From NCBI GenBank assembly GCA_040954595.2, contig CM082585.2, forward strand, positions 572,814 to 636,813: a DNA stretch of 64,000 bases, in the 5' to 3' direction. The notes beneath the pieces are model-generated. The model had not been told where the DNA came from. It saw only the letters and a program-made list of their open reading frames with translations, and did not search any database. This stretch comes from Balanoglossus misakiensis (taxonomy: Eukaryota; Animalia; Hemichordata). Shown in pieces: positions 26,586 through 38,600 of the stretch (the stretch's first letter is position 1; every line of letters begins with the position of its first letter). The position numbers and the translations under genes were made by a program.

Positions 26586-28012
26586 GGGGGGGGGGGGGAC
26601 ACCAACATCGTAGTCAGTGAGGTCATCTATGGTGGTGGGCGCGTCTTCCACTCGGCACTCCTCCGCGCACGCTTGGGGGATAAAAAATGCATCAAAAACC
26701 CCTGGCGCGTCCTCGCTCCCCCTGCGTCGATGGATTCTGTGCGACTGCTTCCGCCCCCGTCCTCTCTGGTTGCTGTGTCCGGATTGATGATGTTTTCCGG
26801 TGAGGTCGGATTTCCCGGAATTCTTCCTGTCGTGATTGGGATACCCACCTCAGCAGTATGCTAAGGACACGCCAGTGGATGAGAATCGCTGGTGTGGTGG
26901 GGGAGCTCAGTCGGAACCTGTTCGGCACCTCTCACCCCTGGAAGACGCACAGGCGCTTCATCATCACCATGGACTCCGGTGAACAAAAGGATTCCGTAGG
27001 GATCCGTCCAGGTCCGCCCCTGCGGATATAAAAGTCTAGCAGGTCGGTTATTTCATTTCCTGGACCACACAGCCAGTATAGGTGAGTTTCTCTAACGCCT
27101 CCACCGCGTCCCGCTCGCGGAATACTACCGGCTTCTCAGTAAAAATAACTGGAAGGTGGCACTGAAAGGCGTGTTTCTTCAGTTTGCGCGTGGACCTCCG
27201 GCCTCCCAGGAACGGACATGGAGAAGGGCCTGATGAGTAATGTGGAACAGAGGATAGGGGGCTCCTTCGGGCTGGCCTGGCGCTCCTCCAGCAGCGTTCG
27301 TCTTCTTTGGGCGGTTCCGGCGTCGGATACCGGATCGGTGATCGACGTCTGGGGCTGAGATCTCCCCAGCGTGAAAAGGATGGTCGTTCACGGGAAGGTG
27401 GGCGGTCCCGCCTTTCCTCTCGAGAACGCTCCGGTCGCGGCGACCGGGTTGGGGATCTGGACCTAGTAGGGCTGCCGGGGTGGCGTCGAAGTTCCCAGGG
27501 GATTAGATATTCCCCCGCCTCCAACGTCGCCTCCAGCTCCAATGGGTTGATCAGTGACTGCAGCGGCAGCATTTCTTGGCGTGGGGGTGATGGCTCCTGC
27601 AGCAGCCGTTGGTTTCCCCCGTCTCTCGCTACTGCTATTGGGGGTGATACACGGGTGCGGGGTGGGTCTGGCCCTTCCGACACCTCCATCGCCTGGTCCT
27701 TGTCGCCACCGAGTACCTGTTTTTCCAGCTGCGGATCCCGGAAGATGCTCAAAGTTTCCTCCAGGTCGTCAGCTGCGGTGGTGGTTCTTGTGGGCTCTTG
27801 CGGGGAGATATGGCCAACGAATCCCCCACGTACGCGGCCTGGATTGAACTCCCGAGGTAGTGTGCAGGTTTTTATGGCTGCGTCGGATGGTACGGGCAGG
27901 TTGGCTTCGGTCTTTTCCTTCCCGTATACATGCATGGCCTCCTCCCGTACCGTGGACATCCATCCTATGTCGCCTAGAACCGTGGCTACTTGACAGTTCT
28001 CACGGAGCATCA
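26586..28012 (-). mobile_element. GC-rich degenerate ORF fragment, probably retroelement-derived (Pro/Arg/Ser-rich region plus an HLP..F...LIHWRVL domain)
   Basis: Visibly higher GC than its flanks. Translation across a frameshift and a TGA gives CPFLGGRRSTRKLKKHAFQCHLPVIF...MKRLCVFQG*EVPNRFRLSSPTTPAILIHWRVLSILL. Confidence 0.5.
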
Positions 28013-28034
28013 GGAACAGTATTTTATGTCTCAC

Positions 28035-29286
28035 CTCCACTTCAGTTGTCGCTGTTGTATTTAATGTGGACGATGTTTTATATCTGTTGATAACCAATGG
28101 GCCTAGTTTAACTGTGGCACCTACATCCGGTGGCAGCGCTGTTTTCTCACCCCAAAGGTTGACTTCAGCATCTCTTGTGCCATCAGTTATGGTCAGTTTA
28201 CGTCTCTTTGTAGAATTCGATGTATGTGTCACTGATTCATACTGTAGTGGAAATAAAATGGAAAACATTGAATGTTAATAATTACGAGTAGTAAATGTTG
28301 TGGAGAAATAGTGCAAGAGTGGTTGTTTTTTGTCAGTTGCTTTTTAAAATTTGAACTGCAAAATGATGAATCGATGGCAGTAATTTTGACCCGAGGTGAG
28401 TTGACAAGGCATGGTTGTATCATATAAATGGATTTTCAATGTACGTGATCGCATGGAGGCTGCCATATTGGATTACATCCGAAGACCTTCCCATTGGGCT
28501 TCGGTTGAATTCGGGAAAGGTCTCTAAAATGTAATGGGTCATTCAATTTTGTAGAGTAAATTTCTAAAAATGTAGAAGATGGGAGGTTAAGATACCCAAA
28601 ATGACTACGGCAAAAAAAAGTCAGGCCCATAAGTTTCGGGGTGCGATTATAACGTACCTTTGCTCTATCATAGAGGCAAATGGTATTATCTCTTCCAGTG
28701 GAAAAGTTGCGGAGCTGTACGTATTCTCCCTTCTGTAATCTGTTCAGCCACTTCGGATTTTCTTTCCAGAATTTAAGTTCCAGAACGTTGCCATCCTGCT
28801 GCATACAAGGCACGCTAAACAGTTTCCCGTTGGCGGAATTCCGGATCTCGACATCCTCCATGACGCGCAATTTCAGTGCCACGCCTTGGCTGGTTGGGGA
28901 TGAGGGACCGGGAGCCGGGGATGCCATAACGAAAATATAGATTGAGAGTGGATATTGTTTTACACAATTTTTGAACATTGAAGTAAAGTATTAGAATGAT
29001 GGAGTCCGATAAAAAAGTGAGTTGGTGATTGCGGCATCCGACTTCGTTATTAAAAATGGAAAGATTTGCGATTTGAGATTCGGTTACCATTTGCAAGTTT
29101 GAAAGGAAATATTTCATTGAAGCACAGTGGCAACTACTGGGTTATGGAGAATCTTTGAAATGTTGTTGAACGGAGACTTATTAGAATCAATGAAAACCTA
29201 CCTTTAACGGTGTTACGGTTACTAAACGTGAGAGACCGCTTGTCTCGTTCATCCGATTCTGAGCTCCTAGCTCTTGTGGAGACATG
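28035..29286 (-). pseudogene. Spliced tandem OB-fold (RPA70-like ssDNA-binding) gene, copy A; middle exon deleted, 3' end replaced
   Basis: Leader exon ~29286-29202. Exon 28927-28658 (MASPAP...LELKFWKE...KGEYVQLRNF...LYDRAK|gtacgt). Exon 28241-28035 (cag|YESVTH...KRRKLTITDGTRDAEVNLWGEK...VGATVKL..LVINRY...LNTTATTEVE|gtgag). All coding junctions are phase 0. Confidence 0.65.
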
Positions 29287-30952
29287 CGGAGGTACAGCGG
29301 GTTAACGGTTAGAAAGTGTTGATGAAAGAAATAAGTTTATAGGCCAATCAGGAGTTAGATTCGAATGTCCGAAAATGAGAAACCGTAGGCGAACGCAACA
29401 GACAGCAATTTAAATTTGCATAACTAGAGGTTTGGGTGGAAAGATTTCAGAATTTAACGCACATATACAGATATTTTGTAGTGGAAATTTGAGTATATTA
29501 TAAATAGTACATGTAATAAGACTGTGAATTGATTTTATTTACTGACAATTAAATGAAGTTACCCTTTGAGTATGGGTGTTTATCGAGGGGGGGGGGGTCC
29601 AAAAAAATGTTAGAAACTGTTGAAGATGAAACCGGAAAGATGTAGCAAATTGGTTAGTTTTCCCTTTTTTGGAAATTATGCTCGAAGCGTGTGATTGGTC
29701 AATTAGTCAGAAGGGGATTGGTTGGAAATAGTCGAATATGATTGGGCAATAAGTTCGAAGCTGAAATCCCTCAGGCTGTATAAATACGGTGTTTGTGGCG
29801 TGTACTAATGGAGTATGGCTGGGGTGTGTTGTGTCGAGCAGTCTAGTATATCATTTGTGGGGCATTGAATATTTAGAACAAAGTTCTCTATGTCGGACTT
29901 CCTAACATATACTCGATCGTTGATAACAAAACGAGCAGATATTTTTGTGCAAATAGTGTGCGCAAAACAACAACTAAACATGAAGACAACAAGATAGTAC
30001 TGCGTGCGGTGCGACTCGGTTGTAAGCGTCAAGTCAAAAACTGCAAAGACATGCAACAGGTGTAAATATAGTCGACTGAAATGCTGAAAAACCATGAATA
30101 TCGATTGGCTCAAAGTGATGGGAATCGGCTCAACTTACCGGAGGGAATTGGTACATTATGTAACGAGTAAACTAGAACGAAAGAAATCCCAGCGTGAACA
30201 CTGGAAATTGTTCATAAATTAATATTTATACATGTATGTGTATATTGCGTAACCTTCGAAAATTCGAATATCATTAGCACTTGGCCTAAAAAGTTGTGCA
30301 TTGCAAGTGGGACACTGGGCAATTATTTTTATGGGCCGCCATCGCTATGCAGTTTAGATGTAGTATTTTACTCAACTTTTACCGGCAAGTGAGTGATTTG
30401 CTTTCAGAAGGTAATGAGACGGAAATAAACTTATGCAATCAGAGTTAATTATTCGTGAGGATACAAACTTTTGTACTAGATTTATTGTAATTTTTCAGTG
30501 TATACTCCTGGCCGTCGCAGGACTTTCATTTTTTTACCCGGTTTGTGTGTTTTCGGGTTACCCATGGGCACTCTCTACCTGTTTTAAAACTCTGAACAAG
30601 AAGATGTCACGTGTATCATGTTATGTACGACGTACATCATTATAATAATGCTATAGTGAAGTTTTTAAAAAGGAAATATTTTTTTAGTGTTATTTTCTTC
30701 GTTTTTTATATGACTGAAATATGGTTGTGCTTGATGGAAAAACCGGATTCAACCTTAGCTTAATATATGCATTATCGTTCGCAACTGACGTCATATAATG
30801 TAGCAATTTCCCTCCGGTTAAATTGAACCAATCGGCATTCCCGTTTTTCCACCATTTCACTCGAATATCTAACTCCAGGATCCTGATTGGCCTATGTAAT
30901 TAATCATTGCTTTCATCAACACTTTCTAACCGTTAACCCGCTGTACCTCCGC

Positions 30953-33056
30953 ATGTCTCCACAAGAGCTAGGAGCTCAGAATCGGTCGGACGCAGACCAG
31001 CGGTCTGTCAGGTGTAGTAACCCTAACACCGTTAAAGGTAGGTTTTCATTTATTCTATTATAAGTCTCCGTTCATCAACATTTCAAAGATTCTCAATAAT
31101 GCAGTAGTTGCCACTGTACTTCAATGAAATATTTCCTTTCAAACTTGCAAATACTACTTGAACCGAATCGCAAACCTTTCCATTTTTAATAACGAAGTCG
31201 GATGCCGAAATTACCAACTCACTTTTTTATCGGATTCCATCATTATAATACTTTACTTCAATGTTCAAAAATTGTGTAAAACAATATCCACTTTCAATCT
31301 ATATTTCAGGTTTAACGGCTATTTGTGCAACATTTGACAGTACTCACATCATGGACTTTTCCTACAACGCACACCCTCTTCTTCTGTGGAGATATCTCGA
31401 CTTCTGATATCATTATTTGTGGCGGATGATAAAATTCTGTTACCAATTTTTCAGGTATATCCATCGCTTTTCGCCCGCAAGGTATGATCTGGAAAAAAGT
31501 TTGGCGTAGTCTGTAAGTTGTGTGACTGAATCCGTAAAGGTGGCATTTGGAGGAAAAAAATTGAGCATTTTTATCAGTAATCTAGTTTGTTTAAAATATT
31601 GGAACGCGATCAAAAATAAATGCGACTTGTAAACGAGTGCCGCGTTTGAATCGGTATTGACGATAAACATCGGTAATCGGCGATGAAATCAATGGATTTT
31701 CAATGTACGTGATCGCATGGAGGCTGCCATATTGGATTACATCCGAAGACCTTCCCATTGGGCTTCGGTTGAATTCGGGAAAGGTCTCTAAAATGTAATG
31801 GGTCATTCAATTTTGTAGAGTAAATTTCTAAAAATGTAGAAGATGGGAGGTTAAGATACCCAAAATGACTACGGCAAAAAAAAGGCCCATAAGTTTCGGG
31901 GTGCGATTATAACATACCTTTGCTCTATCATATAGGCAAATGGTATTATATCTTCCAGTGGAAAAGTTGCGGAGCTGTATGTATTCTCTCTTCTGTTATC
32001 TGTTCAGCTATTTCGGATTTTCTTTCCAGAATTTAAGTTCCAGAACGTTGCCATCCTGCTGCATACAAGGCACGCTAAACAGTTTGCCGTTGGCTGAATT
32101 CCGGATCTAGACTGTATCCTCAATGAGGCACAATTTCACTGCCACGCCTTGGCTGCATGGTTGCAGATGATGGAGCTAAGGTACGTAACAATCGCACCCC
32201 GAAACGCCTGGGCCCTTTTTTGTGTGTAGTCATTGTGGGTATGTTAACCTCCCATGTCCTACATTTTTAGAAATTTAGTATACAAAATTGGATGACCGAT
32301 TATGTTTTAGAGACCTTTCCCGAATCCACCTGAAGCCCAGTCGGAATGTCTTGGGATGTAACCTAAATTCAATATGGCCGCCTCCATGCGTTCACTTGCA
32401 TTTAAAAAAAACGTTGATTTTATCTCCGAGTGGCGGTGTTTATCGTCAGTACCAATTGAAACGCGGCACTCGCTTACAGGTCGCATTTTTATTTTTGAGC
32501 GCGTTCTAATATTCTAGAAAAAAAACAATGATAGTTTCGAGGACAGATTACATGTATTTTAAAACGAGGTTTGGTCACAATGGTATCACTACTAAATGAC
32601 TTACAATCGATGTTTTTAATTGTCTTTGCACCACAGTATGAATCCTGTGATGGTAAATCGCATTCAACTTAGAAGGCGTGGAGTAAGTGCAACTGATGGT
32701 AACTGGGATACCAAACTGAAACTTTTGGGAGAGAAAACCTTGCCATGCATGGACATGGGTGGCACAGTTAAACTTGGGTTAAATACTACAGCGACAACTG
32801 AAGTCCCGGTGAGATATTATAAAATACTCTTACATCATAAAATTTAAATCCTACATGTCAATAATTTCATATTTTCACTAATGTTTAGCAAAAAACAACT
32901 GCTCTCAACAAACCTTACCCCTCCCCCTCTTGTATTGTCAGTGCTTTGTAATCTATCAGTAACAATCCATTTTTTCTCTCTCAAGGTGTTAGAAGAACAT
33001 ATAGCTACTGGTGATGACATGATACCGTCCATGGGGTGTTGGAGGGAATACACTTT
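30953..33056 (+). pseudogene. OB-fold gene copy B, head-to-head with copy A, with an internal inversion at ~31310-32155
   Basis: 30860-31309 is the inverted repeat of 28931-29365. 31696-32153 repeats 28427-28890 directly. The inverted segment holds intact exon 31488-31348 (IIPCGRKAMDIPEKLVTEFYHPPQIMISEVEISPQKKRVCVVGKVHD). A degraded copy of the last copy-A exon lies at ~32637-32808 and a further exon at 32987-33056. Confidence 0.65.
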
Positions 33057-33387
33057 GTAAGTATTAACTGCAGTAGTTGCTTACATCAGACTCCCACTAT
33101 CTGCATGCAAGTTGTGGATGGATTTGCAGAGAGAGAGGCTAGTACACGGCACTCATGTGGACCTGCACTACCACATTTCTATTCAACATCAGGTCTCTGA
33201 GTAAAAAGATGGCCATGTAAATTTTCTCTAAGTTTGTTAGAGAAATAAAGTACAACTTTAGTGTTTCACTAATTGAGTTTCAGTGTTCTTGTATTGTCTC
33301 GTTTGCCCCATGCCAACCTCAAAGTAAACGTCAAATTTGCCATTTTTGACTTATTTGTCCTTGTAGTGGGCCACATAGCATTTTAGT

Positions 33388-34517
33388 GCAACTTATGAAA
33401 ATCTGAAGAACCAAATGCCTAATTTACCCACTCTGCACAGATTTATTTCAATGGTACTGACTTGATGATCAGTATAGCGCCCTCTGTGGTAGTATTTGGG
33501 GGGGGGGGTTAACCTAGCCTTTGTATGTTTATCCCTGTCCGGTTCCATTCCACTTGTATCTATGGTAACCTAATTATCAGCAGTAAAGGCCGCAACTATG
33601 AAACAGTTTTAATATCAAGCACTCTCTGAATTACACGGCCATTCTCATTGGTGTATATAGTGTAGTCACGTTGTATTTTACTGCAACTGATGAAAGTCTC
33701 CTAAAAAACCAAATGTGTCTTTACCCACTGTGCACAGAGTATTTGAATGATACTCAGTTGATGGTCATATAGTATAGCGCCCTCTGTGGTAGTATTTTGA
33801 TTATGGAGGTGGGGTTAAATCTTGTCTTTGCATATGTTTATCCCTGTCATGTTGCATTGGGCTTGTATCTATGGTAACCTAATTATCAGCAGTAAAGGCC
33901 ACAACTATGAAACAGTTTTAATATCAAGCACTCTCTGAATTACACGGCCATTCTCATTGGTGTATATAGTGTAGTCACGTTGTATTTTACTGCAACTGAT
34001 GAAAGTCTCCTAAAAAACCAAATGTGTCTTTACCCACTGTGCACAGAGTATTTGAATGATACTCAGTTGATGGTCATATAGTATAGCGCCCTCTGCGGTA
34101 GTATTTTGATTATGGAGGTGGGGTTTAATCTTGTCTTTGCATATGTTTATCCCTGTCCTGTTGCATTGGGCTTGTATCTATGGTAACCTAATTATCAGCA
34201 GTAAAGGCCACAACTATGAAACAGTTTTAATATCAAGCACTCTCTGAATTACATGGCCATTCTCATTGGTGTATATAGTGTAGTCACGTTGTATTTTACT
34301 GCAACTGATGAAAGTCTCCTAAAAAAACAAATGTGTATTTACCCACTGTGCACAGAGTATTTGAATGATACTCAGTTGATGGTCATATAGTATAGCACCC
34401 TCTGTGGTAGTATTTGGATGATAGGGGAAGGGGTAACCTACCTTTTCTATACATGTATATGGTTATCCCTCTTCTATTGCATTCCGCTTGTATCTATGGA
34501 AACCTAATTATCAGCAG
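33388..34517. repeat. Tandem array of ~3.7 units of 300-309 bp
   Basis: The marker tagcgccctctgtggt recurs at 33475, 33775, 34084 and 34393. The marker tatggtaacctaattatcagcagt recurs at ~33561, 33870, 34179 and 34495. Confidence 0.95.
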
Positions 34518-34683
34518 TGAATGCCAAATTGTAAAACAGCAACATATTTATTATCAAACACTGTATGGAATTGAATATACACAATATGTTTTGTGTGTTT
34601 GCTGGCTACATACATGCATAAATACGTACATACATATATTACACTCATACTCAAGCACAGAGCTAATGGACTCTTTTTTTCAT

Positions 34684-34757
34684 CATCCCCACCAGGAATC
34701 GAACCTGGATCTCTTATCACAAAGTGACAAGTGTGTTAACCATTACACCATGAGGAT
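34684..34757 (-). tRNA. tRNA-like cloverleaf (tRNA-Gln-derived) with a 9-nt anticodon loop; probably pseudo-tRNA or repeat-borne
   Basis: ATCCTCA TG GTGT AATGGTTA ACAC A CTTGT CACTTTGTG ATAAG AGAT CCAGG TTCGATT CCTGG TGGGGAT G. All four stems pair and the A and B boxes are present. Confidence 0.6.
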
Positions 34758-35658
34758 TTTTCATCTCCACTAACTGCCAACACACTGTCCAATTGCACAT
34801 TGACTCACTGACATATTCAACTAACACACCAGTTTCTTTATTTCAAAAAGTACACAATAAAACATCACAAATGACAAGACAGGGGTATCAGGAATCACAC
34901 AAATCATACTCAATGTTTTACTGAAGCCATTGCTGTAAGATTGCTGTAAGTAATGGCACTATTCAATGGTGTTAACACCACATAGCACAATGATGTACTG
35001 CACACATTCAAGTCACATACCTTTTTGAAGTATTAACAAACACTGATTCTATGAACTGTTAAAATTATTTTTTTCTTACATCATCCCTGAATACCAAATT
35101 TCAAACAAATTAGGCTAGTGCTTTCAAATGTTAACACACAATGCATGGCACTGGACAATCATCCTATCCGATCTGAAACCTCAGTGTCACTTACCACAAA
35201 ACTAAACACGTTATCTACAAATGATTTACGAAACTAATTCGTACACGACACAATACACATTTGAGTGTGTTGATCTCTTAGTTTGTACATTATACTTTGC
35301 ACTGATGTACACCAACACTCACCTTGAGAACTCTTTGGTAGCCAAAACTGTCAAGAAAATAAAGAAAACTGTTAAATTAAATCATTAAGTATTATTGTGT
35401 ATTTATACAAGTACATCAAGATATACACTTGCCTGCATAACACACACCTCTCAATAGCCATAATGTATCAATGTCGAGATGACATCACTCCAAGTACAAG
35501 ATAGCGAATGATGATTTTTTTACAATAACCCCACTACTTAAACAGGACAACAAATTACAATGAATTCACTATCAACCTTGTGATATTCAGAAAATCAATT
35601 CTTGGCCACATAAATTGTCCTGTCCACAAAATGGTTTCATGGCATCAAAATATGTTAA

Positions 35659-38600
35659 AGGCCGGTGCGGAAAGTCCTGGGGTTCGGATTAACGTGTGTT
35701 TGTATAGTTGTTTATTTGGGAGTGATTGGGGGTGGTCGTCGTCCCTAACGACTGTATAACTAACGGTCGGGAGCGCTGGTAGTTTATCTGCGTAATCTGT
35801 TTGACTAGGTGGGCTTATCGCAATACTTCTCTGAAAGTCTTGGAACGTGAGCGACGGTTAGTTTTTAGCAGTCGACTGTTCAGCGACGAAGTGCGATCAG
35901 CAGTGCGCAATCGACGTTCTTTTCTCGCGGGTTGTCGGTGAAGTCCTCCTAAGCGATTGCAATAAACTGCAGCCTGGCCAGACATCGGTTTGACGAGCTG
36001 TAAAATCCAGTGACAGAGTAAAACTTGAAGTATTGGCGGATTTTAAATTTTCCACAGACTAATAAATAGGCTAGCAGAATCGTTGTCCACGGTCCTCCGT
36101 GCGAATTGTCGAATGATATTGTAATGACAGAACAATGGACCAAATGTGAGTCGGTGTGTGTTAGATTCCTCGATAGGTACCCGGTCACGATTGCACTCAA
36201 ACACGTGACTGGTTTCGATACTCCCTAGTCAGGTCAGCAATGGTTCGCGGAAACTAAAAACCATTTTTTCTAAAATGATGTAAATCAATTTCCCGTAATC
36301 GTTGCCCTTCTCGTGTCTTCGACAGTGTGATGCGAGTTTGCGCCTTGAAGTTCAACGAATGATCTCACGATCAGCAACCGAGAGTCATTAGTCGAAGTCC
36401 TACTGGCATGGCGTGCGCTGTGGTCGCTACTCGGACACTCTCGCCATACGTAGGACTATCCACGAACATTCGAAAAGTTAGCTTTAGCGAGACTGTACAG
36501 TATCAGGTTATGTTTTTCATAGATATTACTAGTACATGTTGAAGAAGTAGAGTGACTATGTTTTCTGTAAGTGGAATCATAATTTACCACGTTTATATGA
36601 TTGTCAACCGTGGTGAAAGTCAGTGAAGGAACACTCCTATTGTTTCGTTTCTTCGAAGCTGTACTAAGGGCCTATATGTATTTTACGATTCAGATAATTG
36701 ATTTTATCTCTTACAAAAGAAAACATTATACAACAGCATATACATACAATTATTATTAGTGTTTTATTTGTACATATATACATATAATCGATTCTAAAAT
36801 CCAACTGAATCCATTAATTTCTCCCAAATATCTGCTCTCCACCGGTAAGTCTTATTTCCCAGGTTCCGGCATGGGGTCCTTCGTCTTGTGGCTCGCCGGT
36901 CGATCAACGTTCTCATTCTGCAATTATAATAATACACAAATCAGTGTGATTGAATGAATGATGAACGAATAAAATCGTATGTGTATGTATTTCAAAAAAA
37001 GCCTGTTTCCTATGTATGAACTGGTGTATCTTACGAAGGACAATACTTGAAATTGTGCGGTACGATCCTAAACTCGCCGATAAATGCTTGTCAACTGATA
37101 CCATTTCAGGAAACAACATATTTTTTTAACCAAATCAATGTCTAGGAAACATTCCTTTTTATCCTTCAAAATGTAGGGAATTAATTTAAAGACTTACGTT
37201 TCTGAACAATCGATTTATCAACTGGCTAACTACTGTAAACATGGTAAAACTGGTTACTTTCGCTCGCAATAAATTTTCACGAAATACGCGAGAGCCAAAA
37301 ATAAAAACGTGAAAATAAGTCGCGTAAAATGTTAACGATGCAGTTAAATTCAAAAACGTGAAAATTAAGAGTAACAGTTGCCTCTTTAATATCGCAAAAA
37401 TAACCCGTTTGAAAGTATAAACTGCATGTCAAAAAATTATTTTAGAAAGACACAGCAACTGACAATTGCCTGTGTTAATTTGGTCATTCAAATACGAACC
37501 ACAATTTCGAATGAACTTGGCGAGACCGCACATTATTTATACTACGTATAATTTAATTACCCAGTCTAACGTTGCAAGGTTGCTTCTCATCGTGAACATC
37601 CTGTTGCCGAAAACAACTCTCTTGTCCTGGTACAGCAAGCAAACGTTGTTGTAAGACTCCACGTAATGAGTGTCCTTACACTGTAGAATAGAATATCACA
37701 TAAAATTAAGATGAACTATTGATCGTTTATTGGGATGCTCCTTTATTTTGTTCCGTTTTGTTTTACTTACAAATGTGCATTTTTATTGTTACTTTACAAT
37801 ATTGTTTTCGAATTAGGTCCTTTGCTGAAATCATTCTTTCTCGGTTCGCTTGTTTTTTATATATTCTGAATGCCATTTTAAATTACTATGATGAAATGAT
37901 GACTATATACTGGCGCTGTTACTCACCCGAACGTATGATGCTGCTTGCTTGAAAAGTGCACTGTTCCTTATAAAATCTGTGAGCAGTGTGATAGCAACTG
38001 GGCTTTCATGGGGGGTATGCGTGGGCTTGTATCCTGGCCTTTTGCACCTAGACTGCTCGTGGCACTGGGCATGGTTTCCCTGTAGTAAAATATGATTCAT
38101 GTACATTTTACATATACAGTTGGCGTTACGACTTAGAAAAGAGAAAGAAAACGCTCGTCAAATTGTTACTGTGAAGGTGAAATTAATGCCTGTACTAACC
38201 CCAAAGTGATCAATCACGTTTAGAAGACTTGTCCTCAAGAGCTGAATGGCTTCGGCTTCATTTTCCTCCGTTTGCTCTCTAGCGTCCAAGAATTCCCGGG
38301 TATGCTTCATACACCAATAGAAGTGAGTTTTTATCGATGCCCCTGTATAGAATTTTAGATCAATCGTTGCCATTGTAAAAATTTGTTGTCACATGATAAC
38401 ATATAGGCAAAGTCATCGATTTAATGTGGTGAAGAACGATTGACGATGTGTATTAATTTTTGGTGATGGAATGGAGGGAATCATAAGTAAATGTACAATA
38501 CCTTTGTCTGACAGTTCTGTATGCCACGTCTTCCCGTGGTTCTTTATTTTTTGGGTCCACCAGTTAATTTCTTCACCTGTTTTCCTATCTCCTTCGACAC

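Noticed and set aside
27048-28268. The 406-aa ORF as a genuine single-exon gene
   Set aside because: It is a chimera of an intron end, the OB exon and a foreign GC-rich segment, and it breaks at a frameshift.
33388-34517. CRISPR-like array
   Set aside because: Whole ~309-bp units repeat with no unique spacers, in a eukaryotic context.
35760-36700. Second gene (e.g. His-Me nuclease) or second long direct repeat inside the Kolobok-like element
   Set aside because: CpG-rich, but no recognisable ORF or motif, and no direct repeat of the left end near 40.8 kb.
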